From the NCBI GenBank assembly GCA_963815505.1, contig CAWFGU010000021.1, positions 8,676-72,675 on the forward strand: a stretch of DNA of 64,000 bases. The letters run 5' to 3'. Below, piece after piece: positions 48,301 through 60,900 of this stretch. The translations under genes were made by a program, and so were the position numbers. The first letter of the stretch is position 1. Every line of letters begins with the position of its first letter. Under the pieces are notes generated by a model. The model did not search any database. It was given only the letters and a program-made list of their open reading frames with translations, and was not told where the DNA came from. This DNA is from Rhodothermales bacterium. Lineage in GTDB: Bacteria > Bacteroidota > Rhodothermia > Rhodothermales > BA12.

Positions 48301-49855
48301 ATGGCAGAGACGACACCACCGCCCGCCGAGGCGCCTGAGTCGGCGCGGACGGCTACTCCGGTCAACGTCGGCCCTAAAGAACTGCTGCCGGTCAGGCGCC
48401 GCACCGCTACCGGTGTTGAGCGCATGGCCTTCGAACCAATCAAAAACGAAGGGCACGGTGACGATGACCCCTCGGATGGCGGTAGGCTCTACGTTCGGCG
48501 CGCGTTTCTCTTCGGGTCGATCTCGATCATTCTAATGGCGATCGTCTGGATCGCGATGGAGAATCCGTTCCCCAACACGGCGCTGTCTGCGTTAGCCGTC
48601 GAGCTGAGCTGGCAGGGGCTGTTCGTGTTCTCGTCGGTTGTTGCGCTGATCTTGTTTCTGATGCTGCTGTTGATGCGCTACTTCGGGCTGATGATCATGT
48701 CGTACCTCAACGTGGCGAGCTACACGCACCACGAAACCGAAGAGAGCGAGATCGGGACGCCAATGATTTCGATTATCGTGCCTGTCTATAACGAAGGCGT
48801 CCTGCTCCGCTCCACGATTCAGTCGCTGCTCCAGCAGAACTATCCCAAGTACGAAATCGTGATCGTCGACGACGGCTCGACCGACGAAACCGGTGACATC
48901 GCCCGGGAGATGGTCGGCGAGTATGGGCACGTAACGGTCAAACTCGTGGAGAAACCTAACGGCGGCAAGTCGACGGCGCTCAACGCGGGCATTCAGGTAG
49001 CCGTGAGCGACTTCGTGCTCAACGTAGACGGCGACTCGCAGCTTTCGCCCAATACGCTGCGGCGGTGTATCCGCCACTTCTCGGACCCCAAGCTGGGAGC
49101 GGTCGCGGGCAACGTCAAGGTGACCAACCGCACCAACATGATCACGCGCTTGCAGGCGCTCGAGTACGTCGAAGGCCTGAACATGGCCCGGAGCGCGCAG
49201 AGTCTGATCAAGCTCGTCAACATCATCCCCGGACCCGCTCGGGCTGTTTCGCAAGCAGGCGATCATCGACGCCGGATGGTACGCGTCGGATACGTTCGCC
49301 GAAGACTGCGACGTGACGCTCAAGATGATCCGCGAGGGCTGGAAGGTCGATTACGAACCCGAGGCGCTGAGCTACACCGAGGCGCCCGACAAGTGGCTAG
49401 ACCTGCTCAAACAGCGCTACCGGTGGACCCGCGGCATCGTCCAGGCCATCCGCAAGCACCGCGACCTGTTCTTCAACCCAACGATCAACTTTGGCGGTAC
49501 GCTCGTGATGTGGTCCATGGCGTTCGAGAGCCTGATCTGGCCCATCATGAACGTCTTCGCCAACGTCTACTTTGTTATCGTCGCCGTAACGACGGGCGCC
49601 AGCTACTACCTGATCTTCTGGTGGCTCATCCTGACGATTCTCGACATGATCGCGGCCATGTACTGCGTCGCCGTCGAGAAGGAAGAGGCTAGCCTGATTC
49701 TCTACTCGGTCTTCTACCGCATCTTCTTCATCCTCTTCGTCGACGTGTGCAAGGCGTTTGCGCTGATCGAAGAAGGACTGGGCCTGGGTATGACCTGGGG
49801 CAAGCTGCAGCGCATCGGCTCGGGCGAGGAGTCGTCTGCTCCGGCCACGACTTAG
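48301..49855 (+). CDS. Processive-type family-2 glycosyltransferase (PgaC/IcaA/NodC/BcsA-like synthase); frame broken at about 49235 (extra C in CCC)
   Basis: ATG 48301. 2 N-terminal TM and 3-4 C-terminal TM. IIVPVYNE, VDDGSTDET, NVDGDS, IPGP|LGLFRK, AEDCDVT, QRYRWTRG. Confidence 0.8.
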
Positions 49856-50044
49856 AGATTCAGCACTTCCCGCTTTGCGACACATAGTGAGACGGAGCAC
49901 CGTCTTCCTATTCAGTACCACCCCCTTACGGCGTAAAATAAGCCCTTCTGCACTCCGGCTAATGGTCGGGCACGGTGCTTGTCTTATCGCCCTCACGTTC
50001 TCCCCCCGGCAGCCCCCTCTGCCTTCACTGCGCCCTCTGGACTT

Positions 50045-50845
50045 ATGGAACTCATACCCATCCTCTCGACGATCGTCCTCGTGATGACGATCGCCACCTG
50101 CATCCTCGCTGTTGCTGCCTACTTCCTCTACAAAGCCCGCGAGCGTAAGGCGCGTAAGGCGAGAGATAACGGGACCGCCCCGGCCATCGTCGAGATGCAG
50201 GAAGAGCCTCATATGCTCGTCGCACCTCAGGGCAGCGTTCCCATCGCTGCGCTTCCTCAGGCGCAGGGTGCCTACAACGGAGACCAACGGTACCTCAGCG
50301 CCCCGGCCATGGCACCGGCAGACGGTTATTACGGCGAGCAGCAGCGCTATGACGAACAGCCTTACGCCTACGCGCAACAGTCCAACGGGAATGCGCAGCA
50401 CCAGCAGCAGTCGAGCGCCGCTCCGGGCGGCTTCGACTACGACGATCGCCGCCGCGACCAGCAGCCCGAGCGCACCTGGTCTAACACCGATGACCAGAGC
50501 AGCCGGCCCGACCAACGCCAGCAGGAACGACAGCCGCAACAGCAGCAGTCCGGCTCCATGTTTTACGAGTACACCAACGACGGCTTCATTCCCGTCGACG
50601 CTCAGCAGCAGCCTCGACGCCAGGTACTACCACCGGCGCCGCCTCCCGTACCCACGAGTAGCAGCGCCGAGGCCGCTCAGCACTACGCCAGCCGCCAGCA
50701 GGCCGAAGCCGACGGTGCTCAGGCCTTCGCGTACGAGCAGCGCGCAGAGGCCGAGCAGGCGCAGCGCCAGGCCGCGCAGATGCAGCAGCAAGCTCAGCGT
50801 CGCGACGACAACCGGCAGCAGGAAGATGGTTTCGCGTGGCTCTGA
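50045..50845 (+). CDS. Single-pass membrane protein with about 220-aa Gln/Ala/Asp-rich low-complexity tail
   Basis: MELIPILSTIVLVMTIATCILAVAAYFLYKARERKARKAR, then Q-rich sequence (…QHQQQSS…QRQQERQPQQQQSG…QAQRQAAQMQQQAQRRDDNRQQ…). Confidence 0.5.
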   Translation: MELIPILSTIVLVMTIATCILAVAAYFLYKARERKARKARDNGTAPAIVEMQEEPHMLVAPQGSVPIAALPQAQGAYNGDQRYLSAPAMAPADGYYGEQQRYDEQPYAYAQQSNGNAQHQQQSSAAPGGFDYDDRRRDQQPERTWSNTDDQSSRPDQRQQERQPQQQQSGSMFYEYTNDGFIPVDAQQQPRRQVLPPAPPPVPTSSSAEAAQHYASRQQAEADGAQAFAYEQRAEAEQAQRQAAQMQQQAQRRDDNRQQEDGFAWL

Positions 50846-50889
50846 GCCTGCGCCACCGTCCTCTCCACCTCTGACGCTCCCCCCACGCC

Positions 50890-53266
50890 ATGCTGGACTT
50901 CCTCTCTCGCTTCATTGACCATCGTGTCAACGGGCTATGGCTGTTCGTGCTCGGCGTCGGCCTAGTCGCCGCCGCCTTGCTGACGTACGTCTACCTGCTC
51001 GAAGGCGTAATGGGTACGTTTTCGATTCAGCAGGCGAACCCGGCCAAGCTCGTGCAAACCACGACCGACGCCAGACCTCGCGTGGCGCTGCTCAACTCGA
51101 ACTATACGCGGCGGGCCTACGCCGTCAACAACCCACAAGACACGACGGCGGCGTGGGTCAACCGGGCGCTCAACTCGTGGAACGACCTGCTCCTGGGCCA
51201 GGAGTTCGCCGACTACACGCAGATCGATGACGAGCAGCTCGAACGAGGCGACCTCGCGGGCTACGATCTGCTCATCCTTCCCTCTTCTCTCGCCTTGTCG
51301 GATCGGCAGATCGAGATGGTCAAGGAGTTCATGGAGCGCGGCGGCAGCATCTGGGCGTCGTGGCAACCCGGCATCTACGACGAGACCGGCGCATGGCGCG
51401 GGTGGACGTTCGCCGAGGAGGTATTCGACGTGACCTACATCGGCGAGGTGGGCCGGTCGAACAGCAACTTCCAGGCGTACACCGACACCTTTCCGGGGTA
51501 CACGCCGCCGGGGATGTACTTCCCTGAGCGCGTCACGTCCAGTGGCGTGCGCGTGGCCGACGAGGGAGTAGGCGACTCGCTCGCCGAGGGCGTGCGTGAC
51601 ACGGAGTTGCCGACGACTCTGCGTCAGCAGCGTAGACGAGACGCTCAGGTCGCCGGATTCACTCCGCTGCGCGACTACGTATGGATGGACACGTCGACGA
51701 CGCGGCTGCCACGCGCCGACTTCGCCATCGCCGACACGCTCCGCACGTCAATCAGGGGACTCGACGGAGAGACGCGCATACGCGATGCCGTCGCCGTCAC
51801 CTACTACACGTGGAACGGCCTAGACACCGAGACCCCGCGCGTGCCCTATCCCAACACCAGTTCGGGCATCCGCCGTATGACGTTGCGCGCGGGCACCCCG
51901 GTTACAGGTAACATCGCGTCGGGTTATAGAGCCAAGGTGCAGGTATTCACGCCTGCCGTCGCCCTCGAAACCAACGGCAATCGAGGCAAGCCCTTCGCCT
52001 TCTGGTACGACTTCGCCACCGAAGACCTCAACGTCAGCGAAGCGCTGCGCACCTCGACCGCGGCCGTTTATGGCACGTACGGTTCGAACAACGGGCGCTT
52101 CGTCTACATGGGCTTCCAGCGCAACGCACTCTACATCGACCGTAACGACTTAGAAGACCAGGAGGCATTCGCCCAGCTGTTCAGCAACCTGCTGCGCTAC
52201 CTGCTACGCGATCCCGTCACCTGGACCCACGACTGGCCCGCGCCCTACGATGCCGCCGCCATGATCGCTGTCGTAGACGATGCCGATCAGGCGGATGGGC
52301 TGGAAAGCGTCGCGCGGCAGCTGAGCCGCGATGGGATCGGTGGTACGTATTTCGTTCGGCCCAACGCGACCGCGGACGATGCTCTGCTCCGCCAACTCTA
52401 CTCTCAAGGCGACGTGGGCGTCTACGGTGACTTCCGCCGAAACACCGACGGGTCAACGCTGGCTCAGACGCGAACGCTTCGAGGAGATGCGCCAACAGCT
52501 CGAGCAGCGCGTCGGCGGGCGGGTGAGCGGATATCGTCCCTCGACCGCAGGTATCGTAGACACTACGACGCTGCGGGCGCTCTCGCTCGGCGGATACGGG
52601 TACTTCCTGCCCGACTCTATCGGCAGAAAGATGGCTCCCAAGATTATGGGCGTTCCGAATGAGCGGCTGGTCCGCGTAGGCTACACGTCGCGCTCGGATC
52701 GGGACATCGACATTCGGAGTCTGTCGGCCTCGCTGCTCCTGCAAGACGTGACACGTGCCGCCTATGAGGGCAGCCTCTACCGCATGGTCCTGCACACCGA
52801 CGGACTGGCGACGCCTGACGGTCTTCCGATCCTGAGCCAGGTCATCCGCTCGCTCAAAGACCAGAACTTCTGGATCGTTTCGGGCGACGAGTTGGCGCAC
52901 TGGTGGCGCTTGCGGCGCAACGTGGAAGTCGCGACGAGCCAGCCGGGACCGAACCGCGTCAACCTCGAGATCTCCAACCTCAACGCCGAGTCCGTCGAGA
53001 ACATCGCGATCAGTCTGGTGCCTGGCTTCCCCGTCGTCGACGCGTCGAGTGTGAACGTGCGGTCCGAGATCGTCGAACTGGCCGAAGAAGTCGGGCTGCG
53101 CGAGCGGACGGCCGTGCGCGCTCTGGTTTCGGCTGATGGAAGCGTGATCACGCTCCTCCTCGACCGGATGCGCCCGCAGCAGACGGCCGTCCTGCAGGTC
53201 AACCTGTGCACCAAGGAGGAAGACTGCCTCGCCCGCCTCGCCATCGCCGACTCCGGCAACGACTAA
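50890..53266 (+). CDS. Membrane-anchored large protein. The N-terminal half may be a class-I glutamine-amidotransferase-like fold and the C-terminal half is polysaccharide-deacetylase-like. Frame broken at about 52450 (extra G in GGG).
   Basis: N-terminal TM LWLFVLGVGLVAAALLTYVYLL. YDLLILPSS...EFMERGGSIWAS. AAMIAVVDDADQ...GYRPSTAG...GYGYFLPDS...ELAHWWRLRRNVEV. Family assignment is from memory of similarly annotated proteins and is not verified. Confidence 0.45.
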
Positions 53267-53326
53267 GCCCTGGTGCACGGCCTGCCCCCGTCGGCTGCCG
53301 ACCGACGCCCCGCCATCCTCCCCCCC

Positions 53327-55867
53327 ATGCGCGTTTTCTTCTTCCCCCTCCTGCTTGCGGCGCTCCTCGCCCCGCACTCGGCCTCCGCTCAGGCTATCCC
53401 GCCCGGCGTCACGGCTGCTCAGCCGCTGGCGAGCGTCGCCACGGGCCTGGGCGAATTGCGCATGACGACGGTCGACAAGCCGTTCGTGTTCGTGCACCGC
53501 CCCGACGTAGCCCCCGCCGATTGGAAGCGCCCGGTCGAGCAACTGCGCGACGTCGTGCGCTCATGGGAGGTCTTCTTGCTTGGGCTGGGCATCCCCTACC
53601 AACTCATCGACGACGACGACCTCGAGGACGGATTGCCGCGCCACGCCCGCGTACTCGTGTTGCCGGGCTCCGAACTGATCACGCGCAGGCAAGAGCGCCA
53701 GGTCGAGCGCTTCGTGTCGCGCGGCGGAGGGTTGGTGGCCCAGGGCCGCATCGGGCTGATGGACGACGACGGACGCGGCGGCGACCGCAACGAAGAGTTT
53801 TTTCGCACCCTGTTCGGCGCCGAGTATGTCGACGCGCTTCCGCCACAAGAAGGTGGCATCTTCCAATCGCTCGACGGATCGCACCCCGTTACGGCAGGAA
53901 TCGAACCCGGCTATCTGATGAACTTAGTGGCTCAGGTGCCGACATCGGCGGCGCTGCCCATCACGGCCCAGCCACTGGGCGCCCTGTTGACGTACAACGC
54001 GCCCGATCAAGCGGCCTTTGACGGTCTGACGATGCTGATGAGCGGCGAACACGAGCGGGGCCGCTTCGTCTGGACCCGCTTCCGCCCTTCCGACGTGTCG
54101 CGCGAGCCGGAGCAGCAGCGGGTATACGTGACGCTGCTGATCAACGCGCTGGCCTACGTCACCGACGTACCGGTAGCGAGCATTCGCCCATGGCCGCGTG
54201 GACGCGTGTCGGCCGTCACGCCGGTCGTGATCCCGCTCGTCGGCGACCTGAACCTCTTTCGCCCGTCGATGACCCGGCTGATGGATGCCCTCGAACGCGA
54301 GCAATCTCCGGCGACGTTCTTTCTCACGTCCGAAAAAGCGGCACTCTTCACCGACATTATGGAGCGCGGCGCGCAAATCGGCGAGTTGGCGCTGTCTTCC
54401 GCCGACGATCGCGTGCTGCGCGGACGTACGCTCGACGAGCAAATCCAGCGTTTGACCGACGGCGTCGAGTTGCTCTCGCGCTACGGCTCGAACATCAGCG
54501 GTATCCATCCGCCTGCGGGCTTCTACGACGAGAACACGATCCGCGCGATGGAGGAAGCCGGACTGCGCTACCTGCTTCGCTTCCCCCCGCACCCCAGTGC
54601 AGGCATCGACCCGTTGGGACTGACCGAACGCGCCGACTATCGCGAAACCCGCTTCGGCTACCTGATCGACCCGGACACGCTCCGCGTCATCGGCGAGGTC
54701 GGCATCTCAGATGTGAACGCGGCTGGAATCGTCTCGACCGAGGCGATTCCCAGCCAGATCACGTTCGACGACAGCATCGGCCGTCCCGTCGACGAAATCG
54801 ATCGGCTGGGCACCAGTCCTGACGCCGTTCGCAACGGCGCACCGCGCAACGTGCCACCTGATCCGCGCGATGGGGCTGTGCCCGATGTATACGATCGTCG
54901 CGACCGCACGGCGGGTTACGAAGACGAGGAGCCAGTCGCGGTCGATCCCCTCGCCGACTTTCGCACACGCGAACGGACACGGACGCGCCGCCGCCCTGGA
55001 AGCCGCACGAGTTCGGCGATCCCCGAGCCTGCGCGAACCCCGACCGCGCGGACCACGACCGCCGAGCAGCGCAGCGACCAAGCCGCCGCCGACCCAACGT
55101 TGCGGGACAACCGGACCCCCAACCGCGCCTTGCTCCACGGATTACCCGCCAATGAGTCGGATCCGCGGTTCAACAACCGTCCCCTTCGCCCCGGAGGCAC
55201 GTCGGTGATGATGGAGGGCGAGACGTCGACCGGCTACACCGATGGAACGATGGCCGACGGTGCACTGCCGACACCCGAACCCGAAGACGTGTATTCGCCC
55301 GGCACACAGGGCGTAGCCCGCCCCTTACCCCAGTCGCGCCGGCTCGTGGCGATGCCGATTCTCGGACGAACGACGTACGCCATCACGGCAAACCCGGCCA
55401 TCGGCGAGGTGCCCGCGCTGCAGTTCGCCGCCTACCGCGACGACTTCCTCAACGTCCACGACGCCCGCGGCCTCTACGTCATGCCGATCCAGGCCGAGTT
55501 GCAGGCTAAAACCGACGAGCAGGCCGATGTCGTCGCCCAGGTGGCGCGCTATGCCAGAGCCGAAGGAGCTTGGGTGGCGACGCTCAGCCAGGTCCGCGAG
55601 TGGTGGCTGCAGCGGGACCGCGTGCGCGTCTCTCTCTCCGACTTGAACGAAGACGGCGTCACCGTGACGCTCGAAAACGGCAACCGTCTGCCCGTTACCG
55701 GACTGAGCATCGACCTCTTCGTCGATGTGCCCGAGCGCCGATCCAGCCGCCTGGGCAACACATCGGCTTACCTCGCTCCGCCCGAGGAGGAAGACCGAAT
55801 GGTCCTCGTCATCGCCAGCCTCTCGCCCGGCACGTCCACGTATCGCATCGCATTCGAGCGCGACTGA
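53327..55867 (+). CDS. Secreted paralog of the preceding protein, with about 180-aa disordered insertion
   Basis: Signal peptide MRVFFFPLLLAALLAPHSASAQ. It shares three blocks with 50890..53266: SWEVFLLGLG...DDDDLEDG...VLVLPGSE...RFVSRGGGLVAQ; SGIHPPAGFYDENTIRAMEEAGLRYLL; and QVREWWLQRDRVRV. R/T/P/D-rich insertion at about 54780-55330. Confidence 0.45.
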   Translation: MRVFFFPLLLAALLAPHSASAQAIPPGVTAAQPLASVATGLGELRMTTVDKPFVFVHRPDVAPADWKRPVEQLRDVVRSWEVFLLGLGIPYQLIDDDDLEDGLPRHARVLVLPGSELITRRQERQVERFVSRGGGLVAQGRIGLMDDDGRGGDRNEEFFRTLFGAEYVDALPPQEGGIFQSLDGSHPVTAGIEPGYLMNLVAQVPTSAALPITAQPLGALLTYNAPDQAAFDGLTMLMSGEHERGRFVWTRFRPSDVSREPEQQRVYVTLLINALAYVTDVPVASIRPWPRGRVSAVTPVVIPLVGDLNLFRPSMTRLMDALEREQSPATFFLTSEKAALFTDIMERGAQIGELALSSADDRVLRGRTLDEQIQRLTDGVELLSRYGSNISGIHPPAGFYDENTIRAMEEAGLRYLLRFPPHPSAGIDPLGLTERADYRETRFGYLIDPDTLRVIGEVGISDVNAAGIVSTEAIPSQITFDDSIGRPVDEIDRLGTSPDAVRNGAPRNVPPDPRDGAVPDVYDRRDRTAGYEDEEPVAVDPLADFRTRERTRTRRRPGSRTSSAIPEPARTPTARTTTAEQRSDQAAADPTLRDNRTPNRALLHGLPANESDPRFNNRPLRPGGTSVMMEGETSTGYTDGTMADGALPTPEPEDVYSPGTQGVARPLPQSRRLVAMPILGRTTYAITANPAIGEVPALQFAAYRDDFLNVHDARGLYVMPIQAELQAKTDEQADVVAQVARYARAEGAWVATLSQVREWWLQRDRVRVSLSDLNEDGVTVTLENGNRLPVTGLSIDLFVDVPERRSSRLGNTSAYLAPPEEEDRMVLVIASLSPGTSTYRIAFERD

Positions 55868-55956
55868 TCGCTCGGCTCATCCACGACAGCATTAATTAGG
55901 GGGACGAAAAACGAGTCTTATACCCCTTGTTGCACCTCCGTACATACGCTGCTGGA

Positions 55957-56736
55957 TCAGCGAAACGGCTTCTCCTTAGACAAAAAGGCGCCCAGATCGT
56001 CGACACCGATGGGACCGTGGCGGTAGAGCAGCGGCTCGCCGAACGTCGCGCCGACGCGATAGCCAAACGTACGGGCTTGCGCTTCGACGAATGCGTGGTA
56101 GGCTGGATTGGAGATGAACGTCTGCGGTTCATTGTCGCCTTCGTCGTCCGCCCCCGGCGTGTGGAACTGCGAGCCGAAGGCGTGGAGGGCTGACATCCGC
56201 TGCTCCCACACGTCCGATACGTCGACGACGAGCGACGGGGTGAACGGAATCGACTGCATGTAGTGAAGCGCGTGGCTGGGCCGGTAGGGCTCCTGCGCCT
56301 TGCCGTCCGCGCCCGTCGTTTCGATCGCTCGCAGCCCCGAGTAGAAGAGCGCATCGCCGACGAGTCGAGCCGCCGCGCCGTGGTCCGGATGGCGGCACTC
56401 GGGCGCGTTGAGCAGCACGATATGAGGGCGGTAGGTGCGGAGGGCACGGATGATGGACAGGCGCGTCTCCGGAGTGTTTTCGATAGCTCCATCCATCATG
56501 CCCAGATTTTCGCGCGCGTGGATGCCCATGATGCCTGCGGCGACCTTAGATTCTTCGATTCGCCCTTCGGGTGTACCTCTGCTACCCAGCTGCCCTTGCG
56601 TCACGTCCACGATACCGACGCGATGCCCATCGCGCACCAAGCGGCAAACAGTCCCACCCGCACACAACTCGACATCGTCGGGGTGGGCGGCGAAGGCGAG
56701 AACATCGACTGGGTCAGAAGCACCGAAAATCAGCAT
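55957..56736 (-). CDS. bshB1: PIG-L/LmbE-family N-acetylglucosaminyl deacetylase (BshB1-like)
   Basis: VDVLAFAAHPDDVELCAGGT...GIVDVTQGQLGSRGT...RHPDHGAA. Confidence 0.7.
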   Translation of the reverse strand: MLIFGASDPVDVLAFAAHPDDVELCAGGTVCRLVRDGHRVGIVDVTQGQLGSRGTPEGRIEESKVAAGIMGIHARENLGMMDGAIENTPETRLSIIRALRTYRPHIVLLNAPECRHPDHGAAARLVGDALFYSGLRAIETTGADGKAQEPYRPSHALHYMQSIPFTPSLVVDVSDVWEQRMSALHAFGSQFHTPGADDEGDNEPQTFISNPAYHAFVEAQARTFGYRVGATFGEPLLYRHGPIGVDDLGAFLSKEKPFR

Positions 56737-56904
56737 GGGGAGAAAGTGTGTAGGAGCGGGAAGCGCATTCGGAACAATACTGTTGCGCCAAACGCCGCAC
56801 CGATTGCACGAAAGATCATAACATTGGATTCAGTAGCGCGCGAGCAGGTATAGACACTTACCCGTATTTTGCTACCGTTCACATCCAACAACCGAACTCA
56901 CACC

Positions 56905-57396
56905 ATGCCTACACGGCTCCTCACCCCTCTACTGGCTCTCGGCCTCCTGTTCACTGTCACCGCCTGCGAAAACGATACGGCGGCGGAAGAAAACATGGAG
57001 GACGTCATGGCAGAAGAGATCGCTCCGATGAACCCGGACATCGCTTCGACCTACACGGGTCCCGTACAGACGGTCTCCGGCACGATCGAAGCCCTCAACA
57101 TGGGCCTCACCAGCATTCCCGCCGAAGCTGCTCTCCAGAACATCGACGGTTGGATCTTCCAGCTCGAAGGTGCTGACTTCGAAGGCGCCGAAGAGATCAC
57201 CGACAACCTCGAGTCGCTCGCCAGCGAACTGCGCGAGAGCGACCCGGCCGACATCGACGGTGACGACATCGCCGAGCGTCTCGACCGCCTCGGAGAGCTG
57301 ACGACCGCCGCTGCCGCCTTGGCTGCCGGTGCCGCCGCTGGCGAACTCCGCGAGCTGGGCTCGATGCTGACGAGCGCCGGTGCCAGCCTCCGCTAA
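56905..57396 (+). CDS. Hypothetical acidic lipoprotein
   Basis: Lipobox MPTRLLTPLLALGLLFTVTAC; Asp/Glu/Ala-rich mature part. Confidence 0.45.
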   Translation: MPTRLLTPLLALGLLFTVTACENDTAAEENMEDVMAEEIAPMNPDIASTYTGPVQTVSGTIEALNMGLTSIPAEAALQNIDGWIFQLEGADFEGAEEITDNLESLASELRESDPADIDGDDIAERLDRLGELTTAAAALAAGAAAGELRELGSMLTSAGASLR

Positions 57397-57421
57397 ACCG
57401 GACGCAAGGTTCTAAACGCCG

Positions 57422-57463
57422 AAGCGGCGCATCTCCTACGGAGGTGCGCCGCTTTTCGTTTGT
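57422..57463. terminator. Strong intrinsic terminator between the lipoprotein gene and leuS (convergent)
   Basis: GAAGCGGCGCATCTCC-TAC-GGAGGTGCGCCGCTT followed by TTTCGTTTG. Confidence 0.75.
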
Positions 57464-57531
57464 CCTTTCTAGCCTGAACTCTTCACCGACCCACGTGAGA
57501 CTTCTGATTCCTGGCAGGTTGGATCCGTAGG

Positions 57532-59998
<2,467 letters not shown>

Positions 59999-60110
59999 GC
60001 GTGCGGATGAGTCGGGAAGTCGGGACGCCAAAGGTACGCGCCATGAACCCGGACTCGGCGCGCGCGGTTTGCTCCTTTTCCGTCCTCTGCCCAACCGCGT
60101 CCCCTCTCCG

Positions 60111-60530
60111 ATGTCCGATACCGCCACACCCGCCGAACTCCTCAGCCGCAGCAAAACCATCGCCCTCGTCGGCTACTCGGCGGACCCAACGCGCACGAGT
60201 CATCGCATCGCCCACTACCTCGCCGACGCCGGTTTCGACGTGATCCCCGTCAATCCGAAGTATCAAGAGGCGATGGGTAGGACGTGCTACGCCAAAGTGA
60301 GCCAGATCCCCGCCGACGTTCAAGTCGACATGGTCGACATCTTCCGCCAGCCCCGCTTCGTCCTCGGCGTCGTCGAGGACATCGTCGCCCGCATGGAAGC
60401 GACCGGCGACCGCCCCGTCGTGTGGACGCAGATCGGCGTGCACGCCCAGGACGCCGAAGCGCTCGCGAGCGAGGCCGGACTGCCCCTACGTCCGCAACCG
60501 CTGCACGATGGTCGAGCACGTGCGCGGTCT
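60111..60530 (+). CDS. CoA-binding domain protein (YccU/YneT-like); frame broken at about 60485; natural 3' end apparently missing
   Basis: [37 protein letters not shown]. After removing one C from CCCC the text reads [16 protein letters not shown], typical of the family. That frame then has no stop until 61062, running antisense through the Fic remnant. Confidence 0.65.
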
Positions 60531-60900
60531 CCTCGCGCACGATGCCGAGCCGCTCCATCAGGTCGAATGCCTTGCGCACCGTAGGTCCCGACAGCCCAGT
60601 GCGCTCGACCGCCGTTCGCACCGTCAGGCGCGGGCGGCGCTGCATGGCTTCGCGGACGCGCAGAACGGATCCGGCGGCTCGTCCGGCCTCCTTGATGCGA
60701 TCCCGATCGGCGGCCAAGACCGACAGCACGTCGCGCGCCGTGCCGACTGCTTGCTGAGACGTTACGTACACGCCTTGCAGAAAGAAGCGGAGCCACTGCT
60801 CCCACTCGCCGTGCGTGCGGACTCGGTCGAGGCGTTCGTAGTGCACGTCGCGGCGAGACTTGAAGTAGAGCGATCGGTAGAGCAGCGGCTCCTCGAGCAC
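60515..60900 (-). pseudogene. Fic/DOC-family protein remnant (post-motif helices plus winged-helix domain only)
   Basis: EEPLLYRSLYFKSRRDVHYERLDRVRTHGEWEQWLRFFLQGV...[37 protein letters not shown] matches the conserved C-terminal half of Fic proteins. No HPFxxGNGR motif in any frame upstream. The extreme C-terminus is replaced by antisense of the CoA-binding gene. Confidence 0.5.
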
